Positions 1-9,036 of a DNA stretch of 48,990 nucleotides are shown one piece after another. Each line of letters begins with the position of its first letter. Within the stretch, counting starts at the first letter, position 1. The position numbers and the translations under genes are program-made. The stretch is from Gammaproteobacteria bacterium. GTDB taxonomy: Bacteria > Pseudomonadota > Gammaproteobacteria > Pseudomonadales > Azotimanducaceae. The DNA is taken from assembly GCA_963693635.1 (NCBI GenBank), contig CAVOBC010000001.1, positions 1-48,990 on the forward strand, in the 5' to 3' direction. Below the pieces are notes generated by a model. It worked only from the letters and a program-made list of their open reading frames with translations. It was not told the DNA's origin and searched no databases.

Positions 1-137
1 TTGTCGCCGGGGTCAGGTTGTTCATCGGACATGTGTCGCCCCCCGCCAGTCAAGCGGACTCGTTGGTCCGCAAACGAATCTCGCCACCGTTCTACGGGCT
101 GCGGTCAAGAACCGGCAACGCCCGTCACCTGCATAGA

Positions 138-1067
138 TTAGCGTACCAGAGTCGACCAGTCCGGGTTTGCGCTGCGCCGACCCATTACCTGATCAAAGTA
201 CATCGCTTGCAGCTTCTCCGTGACGGGACCACGGGCACCGCTGCCGATGACTCGCCCATCAACCTCGCGTATCGGCAGCACCTCGGCAGCCGTCCCCGTA
301 AAAAAGGCTTCATCCGCGATATACACATGATCGCGCGTGATCCGCTGCTCGGTTATCTTCAGACCCAGTTCCTCTGCGAGCGAGATCACGGTTGCGCGGG
401 TGATACCCTCAAGACAGGACGTCAGTTCCGGCGTCACCAAATTGCCACCCTCGACCAGGAAAACATTCTCGCCGCTGCCCTCAGCGACATAGCCCTCGTT
501 GTCGAGCAACAGCGCCTCATCGCAGCCGCTGTCGAGCGCCTCCTTCAGCGCCAGCATAGAATTGATGTAGTTGCCGTTGGCCTTGGCCTTGCACATCGTG
601 ATGTTAACATGATGCCGGGTGTAAGAAGACGTACGCACCCGAATGCCGTCGACCCGCGCCTCGGGGGTCATGTAGGCCGGCCACTCCCACGCGGCGATCG
701 AGCAATGCGGCTCCAGCCCCTCCGCCCGCAGGCCCATACCCTCTGAGCCGAAGAAGCAGATCGGCCGGATGTACGCTTCCTTCAAGCCATTCTCGCGAAT
801 GACGCGCACCTGCGCGTCGTTGATTTCATCTTTGGTATAGGGAATCGGAAACCCGAGAATGTGGGCGGACCGGAACAAACGATCCGTATGATCGTGCAGC
901 CGGAAAATCTGCGGGCCATCAGCAGCGGCATAGGCGCGCACACCCTCAAAGACGCCAAAGCCATAGTGCAGCGTGTGTGTCAGCACATGCACCTTCGCTT
1001 CGCGCCAGGGGAGCATTTCACCATCAAACCAGATGACGCCGTCGCGGTCGGCGAGGGAGGGTGCCAT
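138..1067 (-). CDS. ilvE: branched-chain-amino-acid aminotransferase
   Basis: 309-aa ORF with ATG start (cat at 1065-1067). The N-terminus WFDGEMLPWREAKVHVLTHTLHYGFGVFEGVRAY and later EGSGENVF are typical of class IV aminotransferase IlvE. It is adjacent to glnE as in Pseudomonas. Confidence 0.9.
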   Translation of the reverse strand: MAPSLADRDGVIWFDGEMLPWREAKVHVLTHTLHYGFGVFEGVRAYAAADGPQIFRLHDHTDRLFRSAHILGFPIPYTKDEINDAQVRVIRENGLKEAYIRPICFFGSEGMGLRAEGLEPHCSIAAWEWPAYMTPEARVDGIRVRTSSYTRHHVNITMCKAKANGNYINSMLALKEALDSGCDEALLLDNEGYVAEGSGENVFLVEGGNLVTPELTSCLEGITRATVISLAEELGLKITEQRITRDHVYIADEAFFTGTAAEVLPIREVDGRVIGSGARGPVTEKLQAMYFDQVMGRRSANPDWSTLVR

Positions 1068-1172
1068 GGGCAGTCTCAGCAGTCGGAAAAAGAAGCGCGC
1101 AATAGTAACACCTCGACAAATGCGGGCGAACCTTTGAACCTATATAGACCTTTAAACCTGTGTAGATAGAGT

Positions 1173-4028
1173 TCAGCCAGGATCGTCCACCGTCATCACG
1201 GACTCCCAGATGCGCAGCACGTCATCGCGTAGTGGCAGCAGGTGATCGCGGCTCGCGACTTTGCCGCCCAGCGCTTCGAAGTGCGCGAGTCGCCGATAGG
1301 CGAGCCATGCTTCCTGCAAGCGGGCGACATCGGCGGCGGGCAGCAACCCCAGCCCACCCAACTCATCGAGCAGTCGCATCTTGTCGCTCCAGACGGCGAG
1401 TGACGGAAACCGGCCGACGTGTGCGAGCACGAGATACTGCACCATGAACTCAATGTCGACGATTGCGCCGGCGCCGTGCTTCAGATCAAAGTTGTCGAGG
1501 TCGGCGCCCGCAAGGTCAATCGCCGATGAGATGAGTTCCACCGCAGCATCAATCGTGGACTCCCCTGCTTGCGGTGGCTCCGGGCGGCCGCCGCTCGATC
1601 CGGATGACAGATGCGCGCGCATGCGTTCGCGCATAGCAACCACCTCGGCCAGCAGCGGCGCGCTCCACTCACGCTGCAAGTGCCGCCGTCTGAGGTCGGC
1701 AAACAGCACCGCAAGCGCGGGGTCCCCCGCCACATAACGCGCACGCACCAGGGCCTGAAACTCCCACGTCCACGCATCGTTGGTCAGGTAGCGATCGAAC
1801 GCTGCGAGGGACGTGACCAAGGGTCCCTTGTTGCCCGACGGGCGCAAGCGCAGATCAACCTCGTACACGCGCCCAAATTGCGTGAGGCTGGTCAGAATGT
1901 GGACGACCCGCTGACCAAGCCGCGCGTAGAACATGCCGTTGCCAATCGGCGTCTCGCCATCCGTTTCGCCGCGCAGCGAGCCGTTGTGAATGAAAACGAC
2001 GTCGAGATCCGAGCTGTAGCCCAGTTCGACGCCACCGAACTTGCCGTAGGCCACCACGCCGAAACCCAGGTTGAGGGGTTGACCTGCCTCGTCCACAGGG
2101 CGTCCATGCCGCACCGTCAGATGGTCCCCCGCAATCTGCACCGCAGCTTCCGTCACACACGCCGCGATGTCGGTCAGCGCATCAGAAACCTGCATGATCG
2201 GCATCAGGTCGAGCAACTCAAGCACCGCCACCTTCAAAACCTGTGCGTGCCGGAACCGGCGCAACTCGTCCATCTGCTCTTCGAGGTTGCCGGCCCGGTG
2301 CAGACGCCGCTCAAGCTCCGCGGCCAACCACGTCGGCGACAGATCGATCTGCTCGGTGCGTTCATCGAGCAATTCGTAGAGCAGGATCGGGAACGCCCGA
2401 AACTGATCGGCAACCCAGGGACTGACCGCCGCCAGACGCACCATCCGCGAGACCGCGCCTGGATTCTCAAGAAGGTAGGCAACATAGGTTGACCGTCGCA
2501 GCACGACTTCCACGATGGGCAGTACCCGCTCCATCGCCGCGTCGGGGTCGGGCTGCGCGCCCACGAGGGCAAGCAGCGCTGGCATGAGCTTGTGGACGCG
2601 TTCGCGAGCGATCGACTGTACGGCGACTCTCTCAAGGGCCCGGTGCAGATGTCCGAGCAACGTCGCAACTCGCGCAGCATCCCGGAATCCCGCTCTTTCG
2701 ATCAGCGCTGCCGGCTGGTCGCGCCAGACAACCGGCCACTGCAGCCCGCCCTCAACGAGCGGCAGATCGCTTTCAGGCGCCGACGATACGACCGCGTTGA
2801 AGCAGCGACTGATCTTTTCTCGTGCGCGCTGCAGCGCTTCCCAATACGCCGGCCAGTCAGAAAAACCCATGGCCTCCGCAAGACGGGCCTTTCCCGCATC
2901 GGTGGTCGGCAGCCGCTGGGTTTGCTGGTCCCGTTCCGCCTGCACCGCGTGCTCGCTGTTGCGCAGAAAACAATAGCTGGCCCGCAAGTCCGCGGCGTCA
3001 ACCTCCGGCAGGCGACCCGCATCGGCGAGCGCGGTGAGCGCCGCAAGGAAATTGCGTTGTTGCAGCCCGGTCTCGGTCCCGGCCCAGACCAACTGCAAGG
3101 CCTGGACCGTGAACTCCGCGTCGCGGATGCCACCGGGGCCAAGCTTCAAATCGTCTTCGAGGTGGCCCTGGGCAACTTCTCGCGCAATCATCGCTTTCAT
3201 GTCACGCAGTGCATCGATGGCACCGTAGTCCAGATGGCGGCGGTATACGAACGGTCGCAGGGAGGCGAGGAAACGCTCGCCGAGCGCTACATCGCCTGCG
3301 ATCGCCCGCGCTTTGATGAACGCATAGCGCTCCCAGTCCCGGCCCTGTTGCTCGTAGTAAATCTCGAGCGCGGCCAGATGCGGAACGAGCGGACCGCTGT
3401 CACCGTAAGGCCGCAGGCGCATGTCCACGCGAAAAACGAAGCCGTCTGCCTGCATTTCATCGAGCGAGCGGATCACGGCGCGGGCAAGCGCCAGGAAGAA
3501 GGCTTGATTGCTCGTTTCGGCGTTCGACGGCGAAGGCTCGTCGAAGAAAAAGATGAGGTCGATGTCGGACGACAGATTGAGTTCACCGCCGCCGAGTTTG
3601 CCAAGGGCGAGCACGGCCATGTGCTGGACCGCGCCGGAACGCCCGACCGGCATGCCGAGCCTGGATGTGAGGTCGGCGTAGTGAACCCGATACGCCGCCT
3701 CCACACAGTCGTCGGCAAGACGGCTGAGATCACGCGTGGTCTCAGTGAGGTCCGCCCGCCGCGAGAGATCGCGGATGATGACGCGCATCATCTCGCGCCG
3801 GCGCCAGCGACGAAGGTCACGATCCAGGTGGTCGATCGCCAGGGCGTCAGCATCGAGCCTGCTGACGCCCTGCGCACCATCGACAAGTTCGCCCGTGCCG
3901 ATGATGTCCGCCAGTTGCTCGGGGTGCCGATTGATCGACTGCGAGAGGTATTCGCTGAGCGACATCGCCCGGCGAATGTCGGCGAGAACATCCGCGCTCG
4001 CGGGCGGCATCGCGTCAACAGCGTCCAC
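1173..4028 (-). CDS. glnE: bifunctional glutamine synthetase adenylyltransferase/adenylyl-removing enzyme
   Basis: 951-aa ORF with two nucleotidyltransferase repeats (GKLGGGELNLSSDIDLIF and YGKFGGVELGYSSDLDVVF), the GlnE hallmark. Codon 1 is GTG at 4028; an ATG at 4010 is an alternative start. Confidence 0.9.
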   Translation of the reverse strand: MDAVDAMPPASADVLADIRRAMSLSEYLSQSINRHPEQLADIIGTGELVDGAQGVSRLDADALAIDHLDRDLRRWRRREMMRVIIRDLSRRADLTETTRDLSRLADDCVEAAYRVHYADLTSRLGMPVGRSGAVQHMAVLALGKLGGGELNLSSDIDLIFFFDEPSPSNAETSNQAFFLALARAVIRSLDEMQADGFVFRVDMRLRPYGDSGPLVPHLAALEIYYEQQGRDWERYAFIKARAIAGDVALGERFLASLRPFVYRRHLDYGAIDALRDMKAMIAREVAQGHLEDDLKLGPGGIRDAEFTVQALQLVWAGTETGLQQRNFLAALTALADAGRLPEVDAADLRASYCFLRNSEHAVQAERDQQTQRLPTTDAGKARLAEAMGFSDWPAYWEALQRAREKISRCFNAVVSSAPESDLPLVEGGLQWPVVWRDQPAALIERAGFRDAARVATLLGHLHRALERVAVQSIARERVHKLMPALLALVGAQPDPDAAMERVLPIVEVVLRRSTYVAYLLENPGAVSRMVRLAAVSPWVADQFRAFPILLYELLDERTEQIDLSPTWLAAELERRLHRAGNLEEQMDELRRFRHAQVLKVAVLELLDLMPIMQVSDALTDIAACVTEAAVQIAGDHLTVRHGRPVDEAGQPLNLGFGVVAYGKFGGVELGYSSDLDVVFIHNGSLRGETDGETPIGNGMFYARLGQRVVHILTSLTQFGRVYEVDLRLRPSGNKGPLVTSLAAFDRYLTNDAWTWEFQALVRARYVAGDPALAVLFADLRRRHLQREWSAPLLAEVVAMRERMRAHLSSGSSGGRPEPPQAGESTIDAAVELISSAIDLAGADLDNFDLKHGAGAIVDIEFMVQYLVLAHVGRFPSLAVWSDKMRLLDELGGLGLLPAADVARLQEAWLAYRRLAHFEALGGKVASRDHLLPLRDDVLRIWESVMTVDDPG

Positions 4029-4209
4029 ACAGCCTCCGAATGAGGGCGCGTCCAGCCCGGTGCGCGCGGTCGAAATTCGACGCGTTCAGAGCGGCAACCG
4101 GCTCTTCGCACGCCCCGAATTTTCTGTAGTTTACCGACATAATCACTTGAAAATCAATCGCTTATATGTTGATTCTCAGATCTCCCGAGCGCCAGTCCGC
4201 CGTCGCTGC

Positions 4210-6015
4210 TTACTCTGTGCCCGAGAACGGCGCAACACGCATGACCTCGGCGAGAGTGGTCTGGCCACTTGCGATCTTCTGCGCACCCGACAGACGCAAG
4301 GTGCGCATGCCTTCCTTCATGGCTGCCATGCGCACCTTGCCGATGTCCGTGTACTCCCCAATCATCTCCTTGACGCTGTCTACCATCGGCAGCACCTCAT
4401 AGATGCCCTGCCGACCCCGATACCCGGTCTCGCGGCACTCAAGGCAACCGACCTGACCGTAGATGCGGGACGGCTTCCGCGCCTTCCACGGCGCGACGAG
4501 CGCCTTCCACTGATCGTCCGACACCTCAACGACACTCTTGCACTCCCGGCAGAGCGTTCGCACGAGGCGCTGGGCCATGATGCCGAGTACCGTCGCCTTG
4601 ATGAGATAAGGAGCGACTCCGAGTTCGAGCAAACGCGTGATTGCCGACGGCGCGTCGTTGGTGTGCAACGTGGAGATCACGAGATGACCGGTGAGCGCCG
4701 CCTGGATCGCCATCTCCGCGGTCTCAAGGTCTCGAATCTCTCCGACCATGATGATGTCCGGGTCCTGCCGCAGCAACGCGCGCACACCTTCGGCAAACGA
4801 GAGGTCGATGTTGTGCTGCACCTGCATCTGGTTGAACGAACCCTCCACCATTTCGATCGGATCCTCGATCGTGCAGACGTTCACCTCTTCGGTCGCCAGT
4901 CGTTTCAGGCTGGAGTAGAGGGTCGTGGTCTTGCCGGAGCCCGTCGGACCGGTGACGAGGACAATGCCGTTGGGGTTCTCGACCATCGCCTCCCAGCGAC
5001 CCAGATCCTCGTTGGCAAGGCCGAGTTCATCAAACGACTTGAGGAGGATTTCGGGATCGAAGATCCGCATCACCATCTTTTCGCCGAAGGCCGTTGGCAG
5101 GGTTGAGAGGCGCAGTTCCACCTCATTGCCTTCCGGCGTTTTAGTCTTCAGCCGACCGTCCTGGGGCCGGCGTTTTTCGGCAACGTCCATGCGCCCGAGG
5201 GTCTTGAGGCGACTGGTCACCGCGGTCATGACCGGCGACGGTAACTCATAGACGATGTGCAGCATGCCGTCGATGCGAAACCGCACGCCGCCGCGGTCGC
5301 GCCGCGGCTCTAAATGGATGTCACTCGCGCGTTGCGTGAAGGCGTACTGGAGTATCTGATCGACGATGTTGACGACATGGGCGTCATTCGCCTCCATGGT
5401 CTCAAGCTGCCCGATCTCCAGCATCTGCTCGAGATTGCTGAGGCCGCTCGTGGCGAGTCCGAGCGCGCTCGCCTTCTCGACGGACTGGGCCATCTGGTAG
5501 AAGCGGAGCGTGTAGCGGCGGATGTCTGCAGGATTAGACACGACCCGCCGCACCAGTTTGCCGGGGCAGGTCTGTTCGATCATCGGCTCCCAGGAGGACA
5601 CCCATGGCTCAGCGCTCGCGATCACGACCTCTACGTCCGTGACTTCCACCGCCATAATCGCGTGCCGGCGGGCAAAATCCGACGACATTACGCGCGTTAC
5701 CTTTTGCGCGTCGACCTTGAGCGGATCAATCCGCAGATAATCCTGACCCGCGCGCTCACACAACCAAAGCGTGAGCGCTTCGACGTCCAGACGCCTGCCC
5801 TTGTTGGCAAGATCCAGCGGTTTGTCCTCGCCGATCATCTCGATCGGGTGCCAGTCGAGCTGATCCTGGGTGCGGGATTTGAGCGACAGGGTGTCGGCAT
5901 CATTGGTACTGAGCCGACCGTCAGCAACGAGGTCGTTCAGCACCGAACGCAGATTCAGGATGATATCGGGCTTCTTGCGTAGGCCCTCGTCAATCATACT
6001 CACGGCAAGCTTCAC
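4210..6015 (-). CDS. GspE/PilB-family type II secretion / type IV pilus assembly ATPase (orphan)
   Basis: 601-aa ORF with Walker A GPTGSGKTTT, Walker B/Asp box DPDIIMVGEIRD, His box TGHLVISTLHTND, tetracysteine CRECK...CLECRETGYRGR and an N-terminal T2SSE_N-like domain. The start is GTG 6015 or ATG 5997. No platform, pilin or secretin genes flank it. Confidence 0.8.
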   Translation of the reverse strand: MKLAVSMIDEGLRKKPDIILNLRSVLNDLVADGRLSTNDADTLSLKSRTQDQLDWHPIEMIGEDKPLDLANKGRRLDVEALTLWLCERAGQDYLRIDPLKVDAQKVTRVMSSDFARRHAIMAVEVTDVEVVIASAEPWVSSWEPMIEQTCPGKLVRRVVSNPADIRRYTLRFYQMAQSVEKASALGLATSGLSNLEQMLEIGQLETMEANDAHVVNIVDQILQYAFTQRASDIHLEPRRDRGGVRFRIDGMLHIVYELPSPVMTAVTSRLKTLGRMDVAEKRRPQDGRLKTKTPEGNEVELRLSTLPTAFGEKMVMRIFDPEILLKSFDELGLANEDLGRWEAMVENPNGIVLVTGPTGSGKTTTLYSSLKRLATEEVNVCTIEDPIEMVEGSFNQMQVQHNIDLSFAEGVRALLRQDPDIIMVGEIRDLETAEMAIQAALTGHLVISTLHTNDAPSAITRLLELGVAPYLIKATVLGIMAQRLVRTLCRECKSVVEVSDDQWKALVAPWKARKPSRIYGQVGCLECRETGYRGRQGIYEVLPMVDSVKEMIGEYTDIGKVRMAAMKEGMRTLRLSGAQKIASGQTTLAEVMRVAPFSGTE

Positions 6016-6320
6016 TCGATGCAGGTTGAGCTAGAAGCTTACACCCTTTTCGGCAGCCTGCTGAGCGCCCAGCGGCCCGCGCGACGGAGCGTCGATACCA
6101 CCAGGAAACACCCGGGACGCTGCCACCGACCTGCAGTAATGTGGGCGGTTCAGCAATCATTCCTCTCGTTGGATGCGCGACGAACGGCCCGGCCGTCCCA
6201 CCGTCACCCGGCGCCGCAGACGTCCCACACAGCACCGGGGCAGCGGAACCTCGATGTCGACGCCCCGGTGTGCCATGCCGGGCGCCACGGCAGCTTCATA
6301 GTGCGACTCCCGCCGGTTGC

Positions 6321-6326
6321 TATAAT
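6321..6326 (+). promoter_or_regulatory. candidate -10 box (TATAAT) upstream of argA
   Basis: Perfect TATAAT lies about 40 nt upstream of the proposed argA TTG start. The -35 is weak and there is no experimental support. Confidence 0.35.
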
Positions 6327-6366
6327 CTCCCCTCATCTGTGTCTTAGAGCCGCCCGGACCGTCACG

Positions 6367-7665
6367 TTGTCGAACATCTCCAACATCAATTGGTTCCGGG
6401 ACGCGTTTCCATACATTAACGCGCACCGGGACAAGACGTTTGTCATCGAAGTGCCCGGCGACGCGATCGATCACACCAACTTCGACAACCTGGCGGCTGA
6501 CATCGCCCTGCTGTCGAGCCTCGGCGTGCGGGTCGTGCTGGTCCACGGCGCCAGCCCGCAATTGGCGCGAATCCTGACAGCGCGCCAACTCCCCGGTGTT
6601 GACCTGGACAACGCCATCGGGGCAACCAGCGACGCGCAAATGACCGCCGCACTCCACGGTTGCGCGGAAGCGCGGATACATCTGGAGGCGCGTCTGTCGA
6701 TGGGCGTCGTTAACTCCCCGATGAAGCGTGCGGCGCTCACGGTGGCAAGCGGCAATTTCGTAATCGCCCGACCGCTTGGCGTCCGGGACGGCATCGACTG
6801 CGTACACTCGGGCGAGGTGCGCAGGGTTAATGTCGATGCGATCACACGGCAACTGGGAAACGGCAACGTTGTCCTCATCTCCCCCATCGGTTACTCGCCC
6901 TCTGGCGAGGTTTTCAGCCTCGCCGCCGGCACGCTTGCCCTCGCCGTTGCGCAGGGGATCGGCGCCGACAAACTCATCTGCCTGACAGCCGACGGCGGCG
7001 TCTTTGACGACAGCGGCACGCTGCTCGGCGAAGTTGATACCCGCACCACCGGCTTGACCGGCGCCGCGTCTCGCTGCCAGCGCGCGTGTGAAGCGGGCGT
7101 CCCGCGCGGCCACGTGATCAGCTATGGCGACAACGGCGCGCTCCTGACCGAACTCTTCACGCGGGATGGCGCTGGCACCCAGATTGTCCGCGAGAGCTAC
7201 GAGCAAATCCGCGTGGCGACCACGGAGGACCTGCCTGGCATCATCGAACTCATCACGCCGCTCGAAATTGCGGGCGTGTTGGTCAAACGCTCGCGGGAAC
7301 TCCTCGAGTCAGAGGTCGACCGCTTTTCGGTCATCGACCGCGACGGCATGACCGTTGCGTGTGCGGCGCTCTATCCCTTCGGGGACGCTGCCGAGGTCGC
7401 GTGTGTGGTCACCCATCCGGAATACCAGGGCGAGCAGCGCGGCGAGCGCATTCTCGCGCACCTTGAACGCACCGCGCAGAATGCCGGCGTCAACGAGGTG
7501 TTTGTACTCACAACCCAGAGCGCGCACTGGTTCATCGAGCGCGGCTTCGCTACCCGGGACGTGAGCGACTTACCCGCCGCCCGGAAATCGCTCTACAACT
7601 ACCAGCGCAAGTCCAAACTATTCGTCAAGTCACTTGCCGGGAGCGCCCTCCGAAAGGTGCCCTGA
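6367..7665 (+). CDS. argA: amino-acid N-acetyltransferase (N-acetylglutamate synthase)
   Basis: The N-terminus (L)SNISNINWFRDAFPYINAHRDKTFVIEVPGDAIDHTNF parallels E. coli ArgA [25 protein letters not shown]. It has an amino-acid kinase fold plus a C-terminal GNAT. The start is placed at TTG 6367, and the ATG-initiated 5' extension (6019-6366) looks non-coding. Confidence 0.85.
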   Translation: MSNISNINWFRDAFPYINAHRDKTFVIEVPGDAIDHTNFDNLAADIALLSSLGVRVVLVHGASPQLARILTARQLPGVDLDNAIGATSDAQMTAALHGCAEARIHLEARLSMGVVNSPMKRAALTVASGNFVIARPLGVRDGIDCVHSGEVRRVNVDAITRQLGNGNVVLISPIGYSPSGEVFSLAAGTLALAVAQGIGADKLICLTADGGVFDDSGTLLGEVDTRTTGLTGAASRCQRACEAGVPRGHVISYGDNGALLTELFTRDGAGTQIVRESYEQIRVATTEDLPGIIELITPLEIAGVLVKRSRELLESEVDRFSVIDRDGMTVACAALYPFGDAAEVACVVTHPEYQGEQRGERILAHLERTAQNAGVNEVFVLTTQSAHWFIERGFATRDVSDLPAARKSLYNYQRKSKLFVKSLAGSALRKVP

Positions 7666-7739
7666 GCACACGACGCATGCGACGAAATGACTTTCGAAAA
7701 ACCGCGCAGGTCGGGGCGGACCCGGGCACGCGACTTGCG

Positions 7740-8789
7740 TCAGGCTGACCGCAGCCCGGACGAGTGCTCGTGCACAAAGTCGACCAACGCCTTCACATTA
7801 TCGACGGGGGTTTGCGGAATAATGCCGTGGCCGAGGTTGAATATGTGACCGGGCCGAGACCCCACCTCATCGAGAATGCGCCGTGACTGATCCAGCACCG
7901 ACTGACGATCAGCACAGAGGACAATGGGATCCAGATTGCCCTGCACGCTGCGGTCGGCAAAGAGATCCCACGTTGCAGTGAGTGGCGTGCGCCAATCGAG
8001 GCCAATGACATCGCCGCCGGCGTCCGCCATCAGGGGCGCGAGGGCCGGGTTTCCGGTGCCAAAGTGGATCACGGGTACCCGCCCGCTGATCGCGTCAAAC
8101 ACCCGCTTTGAATGTGGCTGCACATACCGAAGGTAGTCGGACCCGGACAAGCAACCCACCCAACTGTCGAATATCTCAAGTGCGTCGACGCCCGAATCGA
8201 TTTGATAGTTGAGGTAATCGATGACGGCTTCACTCATTCGCGTCATCAACTCGTGCCAGGCGGCCTCGTCGCCATACATGAGCTGTTTGGCATGGACATA
8301 GTTCTTGGAACCGCCACCCTCTATGGCATAGGACGCGAGTGTAAACGGCGCGCCACCGAACCCGATTAACGGAATGTCGGACGGCAACTCTTGCAGGATC
8401 AGACGAATCGTCTCACCGATGTACGGCATCGTGTCGCGAGCTGGAATGACCTTGATCGCATCCACGTCCGCGCCGGTGCGCACTGGATTGTCGATGTTTG
8501 GTCCAACACCCGGCAAGTAATCGAGCCGCAGGCCCATAGGCTCAAGGATCGGCAGCAGGTCCGCAAACATGATCGCGGCATCAACGCCCAGAATGCGCTG
8601 GGCGTCGCACGTCACTCTGGCTGCACGCTCCGAGTCCTTGAAGAACGCAAGGCTCGGGGAGTCGCCCTTGACCTCATGGTACTCCGGCATATAGCGACCC
8701 GCCTGACGATGCAGCCAGATCGGCGTGACCTCAGTTATCTCACCCCGGCATGCGCGCAGGAAAGGGCTGGCGTGTACGGAATCTCGCAT
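7740..8789 (-). CDS. hemE: uroporphyrinogen decarboxylase
   Basis: FLRACRGEITEVTPIWLHRQAGRYMPEY matches the HemE N-terminal signature (RQAGRY.PEY). The start is placed at ATG 8789, because the longer ORF begins with TTG at 8852. Confidence 0.9.
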   Translation of the reverse strand: MRDSVHASPFLRACRGEITEVTPIWLHRQAGRYMPEYHEVKGDSPSLAFFKDSERAARVTCDAQRILGVDAAIMFADLLPILEPMGLRLDYLPGVGPNIDNPVRTGADVDAIKVIPARDTMPYIGETIRLILQELPSDIPLIGFGGAPFTLASYAIEGGGSKNYVHAKQLMYGDEAAWHELMTRMSEAVIDYLNYQIDSGVDALEIFDSWVGCLSGSDYLRYVQPHSKRVFDAISGRVPVIHFGTGNPALAPLMADAGGDVIGLDWRTPLTATWDLFADRSVQGNLDPIVLCADRQSVLDQSRRILDEVGSRPGHIFNLGHGIIPQTPVDNVKALVDFVHEHSSGLRSA

Positions 8790-9036
8790 CTGCTTTAGCG
8801 GTCCCTCAGCAAAACGCGGCAGTCTAGCAGCATTTGACGGCGTCACCGGCAACTTGCGCGCTGCGCCAGATCGACTAACCCCGTCCTGAACGGGCTCCTC
8901 GATTGTGGTCCTGGGACCCTGCCCCCAAGCCCTCGTCGCGATCTCGCCAGCGTGTCCGATCGCAGGCGCGTGCCGCGACCCCTGTGACCAGGGCGGATGA
9001 TTGCGTTACGAGCACCCGGCCCGGCAAAACAGGCAT

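Noticed and set aside
1-32. A possible ATG (complement of 30-32) starting a minus-strand gene that runs off the left edge (MSDEQPDPGD...).
   Set aside because: Only 10 codons are visible, so it cannot be supported.
2592-5106. Long + strand ORFs (2592-4043, 483 aa; 3736-5106, 456 aa) opposite glnE and the secretion ATPase.
   Set aside because: They are antisense to genes with strong family signatures. Their translations are Arg/Ala/Pro-rich with no recognisable motifs, which is typical of spurious open frames in GC-rich DNA.
6019-6366. A 116-codon 5' extension of the argA ORF. Analogous extensions occur on tkt (31371-31577), fabV (12342-12398), ubiH (21325-21393) and the ZapA-associated ORF (23255-23425).
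   Set aside because: The family N-termini align with internal start codons. The extensions are compositionally unlike proteins and overlap promoter regions or neighbouring genes.
6157-7206. A 349-aa minus-strand ORF inside argA. Similar cases are 29526-30704 (+) inside tkt, 46864-48015 (-) inside gshB and 25031-25675 (-) inside def.
   Set aside because: All are antisense shadows of confidently identified genes, and no domain-like sequence is present.
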